A stretch of DNA of 63,884 nt, filler included, from Hyphochytrium catenoides (Eukaryota > Protista > Hyphochytriomycota): the NCBI GenBank assembly GCA_900088475.1. It is 9 parts of 9 records of this genome, joined end to end, with 100 filler letters (N's around TTAATTAATTAA, not from the genome) between each part and the next. Parts side by side here need not be neighbours in the genome. Positions count along the whole stretch, not along the records: positions 60,288 to 63,884 come from FLMG01001801.1; 8 more parts are not named here. One strand, written 5' to 3'. This document shows, in pieces, positions 62,618 to 63,884 of this stretch. The position numbers were made by a program, and so were the translations under genes. Each line of letters begins with the position of its first letter. Position 1 is the stretch's first letter. Below the pieces are notes generated by a model. The model was not told the origin of the DNA. It worked only from the letters and a program-made list of their open reading frames with translations, and did not search any database.

Positions 62618-63396
62618 ACAGTTCGACACAAGGCACGTCTAGTCGCTCTTGGCAATCGACAGAAGCAAGGGTATCGACTTTAACGAGGTCTTTGCTCCAG
62701 TGATGATAGGGCATGACACCGTCCGCTGCCTTCTCTCGCTCGCCGCCACGCTGGACCTAGAAGTGCATCACGTCGATATCAAGACCGCCTTCCTGAACGG
62801 CAATTCGACGAACAGGTGTACATGGGCCAACCACCGGGCTTTGCAACCCCTGGACAAGAAGATCACGTCTGGAAGTTGAAGAAGTCGATATATGGTCTCC
62901 ACCAGAGCCCCAAGATGTGGAATGACACGCTGCATCATTATCTGATTGAGCAAGGGTTCCAGCGCAGCGTTTGTAACTTTGGGGTATACGTCAAGCGCCA
63001 CTCCTCTTCGAGACCTGAGGACCTTGAGATCGTCGGCTTCTTCGTGGACGACATGCTCCTCTTGGCTCCCACCACCGGACAAATTGCAGGGGTCTCAAGA
63101 CTATGCTGTCTGCTCGTTTCTCCATCACCAATCTGGGGGAGTTAGAGTACTACTTGGGCATCCAAGTAAAGCGGGATCGAGCTGCTAGGAAGATATACCT
63201 TCGACAGTCGAAGTATATTACCGAGATCTTGGAGCGCTTCAACCTACTTGATGCCTACCCCAATCCTATCCCCGCGGTGCCTAAGACGTATTTGCCCAAA
63301 GCTTCTACCATTCCTCTTTCTGATGATGACGCTGACCAGTTGGCTCGCACCCCTTATCGTCAAGCAGTGGGTTCCTTGCTGTACGTCATGGTGTGA
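62618..63396 (+). mobile_element. Decayed Ty1/copia LTR-retrotransposon reverse transcriptase fragment
   Basis: KARLVALG..QKQG/IDFNEVFAPV, HHVDIKTAFLNG, VYMGQPPGF, KLKKSIYGLHQSPKMW, FVDD, YYLGIQV, PYRQAVGSLLY. These lie in four offset ORFs, implying at least three frameshifts, and end in a premature stop. No gag, integrase, RNase H or LTR seen. Confidence 0.92.
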
Positions 63397-63884
63397 GCCA
63401 ACACGTCACTACCTTCCGCCACGTTCACTGGGAGGCTGTCAAACGTATCTTCTGTTGGATTATATGGGTTGATTGGACAATGTCATTAGATAAGACTGCT
63501 CTACTATAAGCCCAATGGGGGTCCCATAATCTAGAGCTATTCTGACTATGCCAACTATTCCTAATAAACCCTAAGATATTCAGTCATAGAGAAATCCCTG
63601 TCTAGAATAGTCAGTCCTGAAGGTATTTCGGGGTCCTGACCATAAGCCATAGATTTAAACAGGGGCATTTCGTTTGCTTCATATTCGGCTTATACTGGGA
63701 GTTTGGAGCTGGAACTTGGGTAGTTAAGCTTGCCTGCATGTGTTGAGTGCTACAATGTTCGTAGTCAGTAGTACAGTAGTCACTCTCTATACACACCTAG
63801 CTCTCACGGACAATGACGTTACGGGTACACCTGTGTTATGGGAAAGAGGGATGTGAGAAGAATTTCCAGAACACAGGAGCAGCA

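Noticed and set aside
62618-63396. Active retrotransposon, or an RT functionally linked to the Fanzor
   Set aside because: Multiple frameshifts, a premature stop, no other pol domains, and it lies several contig spacers away.

Overview
Eukaryotic, intron-rich genomic DNA with abundant (GA/CT)n microsatellites, most likely from a stramenopile alga (inferred from a UGPase-PGM fusion gene; a flagellar CFAP251 gene is also present). The window is nine contigs joined by 100-nt spacers (N44-TTAATTAATTAA-N44), so adjacency across spacers is not reliable. Manually spliced host genes: UGPase-phosphoglucomutase fusion, VOC-family methylmalonyl-CoA-epimerase-like protein, a multi-TM protein, a MAP kinase kinase, a GDSAG alpha/beta-hydrolase, a TBC Rab-GAP, the 3' part of PRP8, a probable GPI-anchored mucin-like protein, a 5-exon LAMTOR4 homologue, a helical-repeat protein, a TPR fragment, the 5' end of CFAP251 and a decayed Ty1/copia RT. 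The main discovery is contig 50679-55434. It carries a minus-strand Fanzor1-type (eukaryotic TnpB-derived, RNA-guided nuclease) gene split by about 12 GT-AG introns, with consistent reading phase at every visible junction. A multi-hairpin non-coding tract lies immediately 3' of its stop codon and is a candidate omega-RNA. The RuvC-II glutamate region falls in an N gap, so catalytic competence cannot be judged. All calls come from manual reading and remembered family motifs; no database searches were run.
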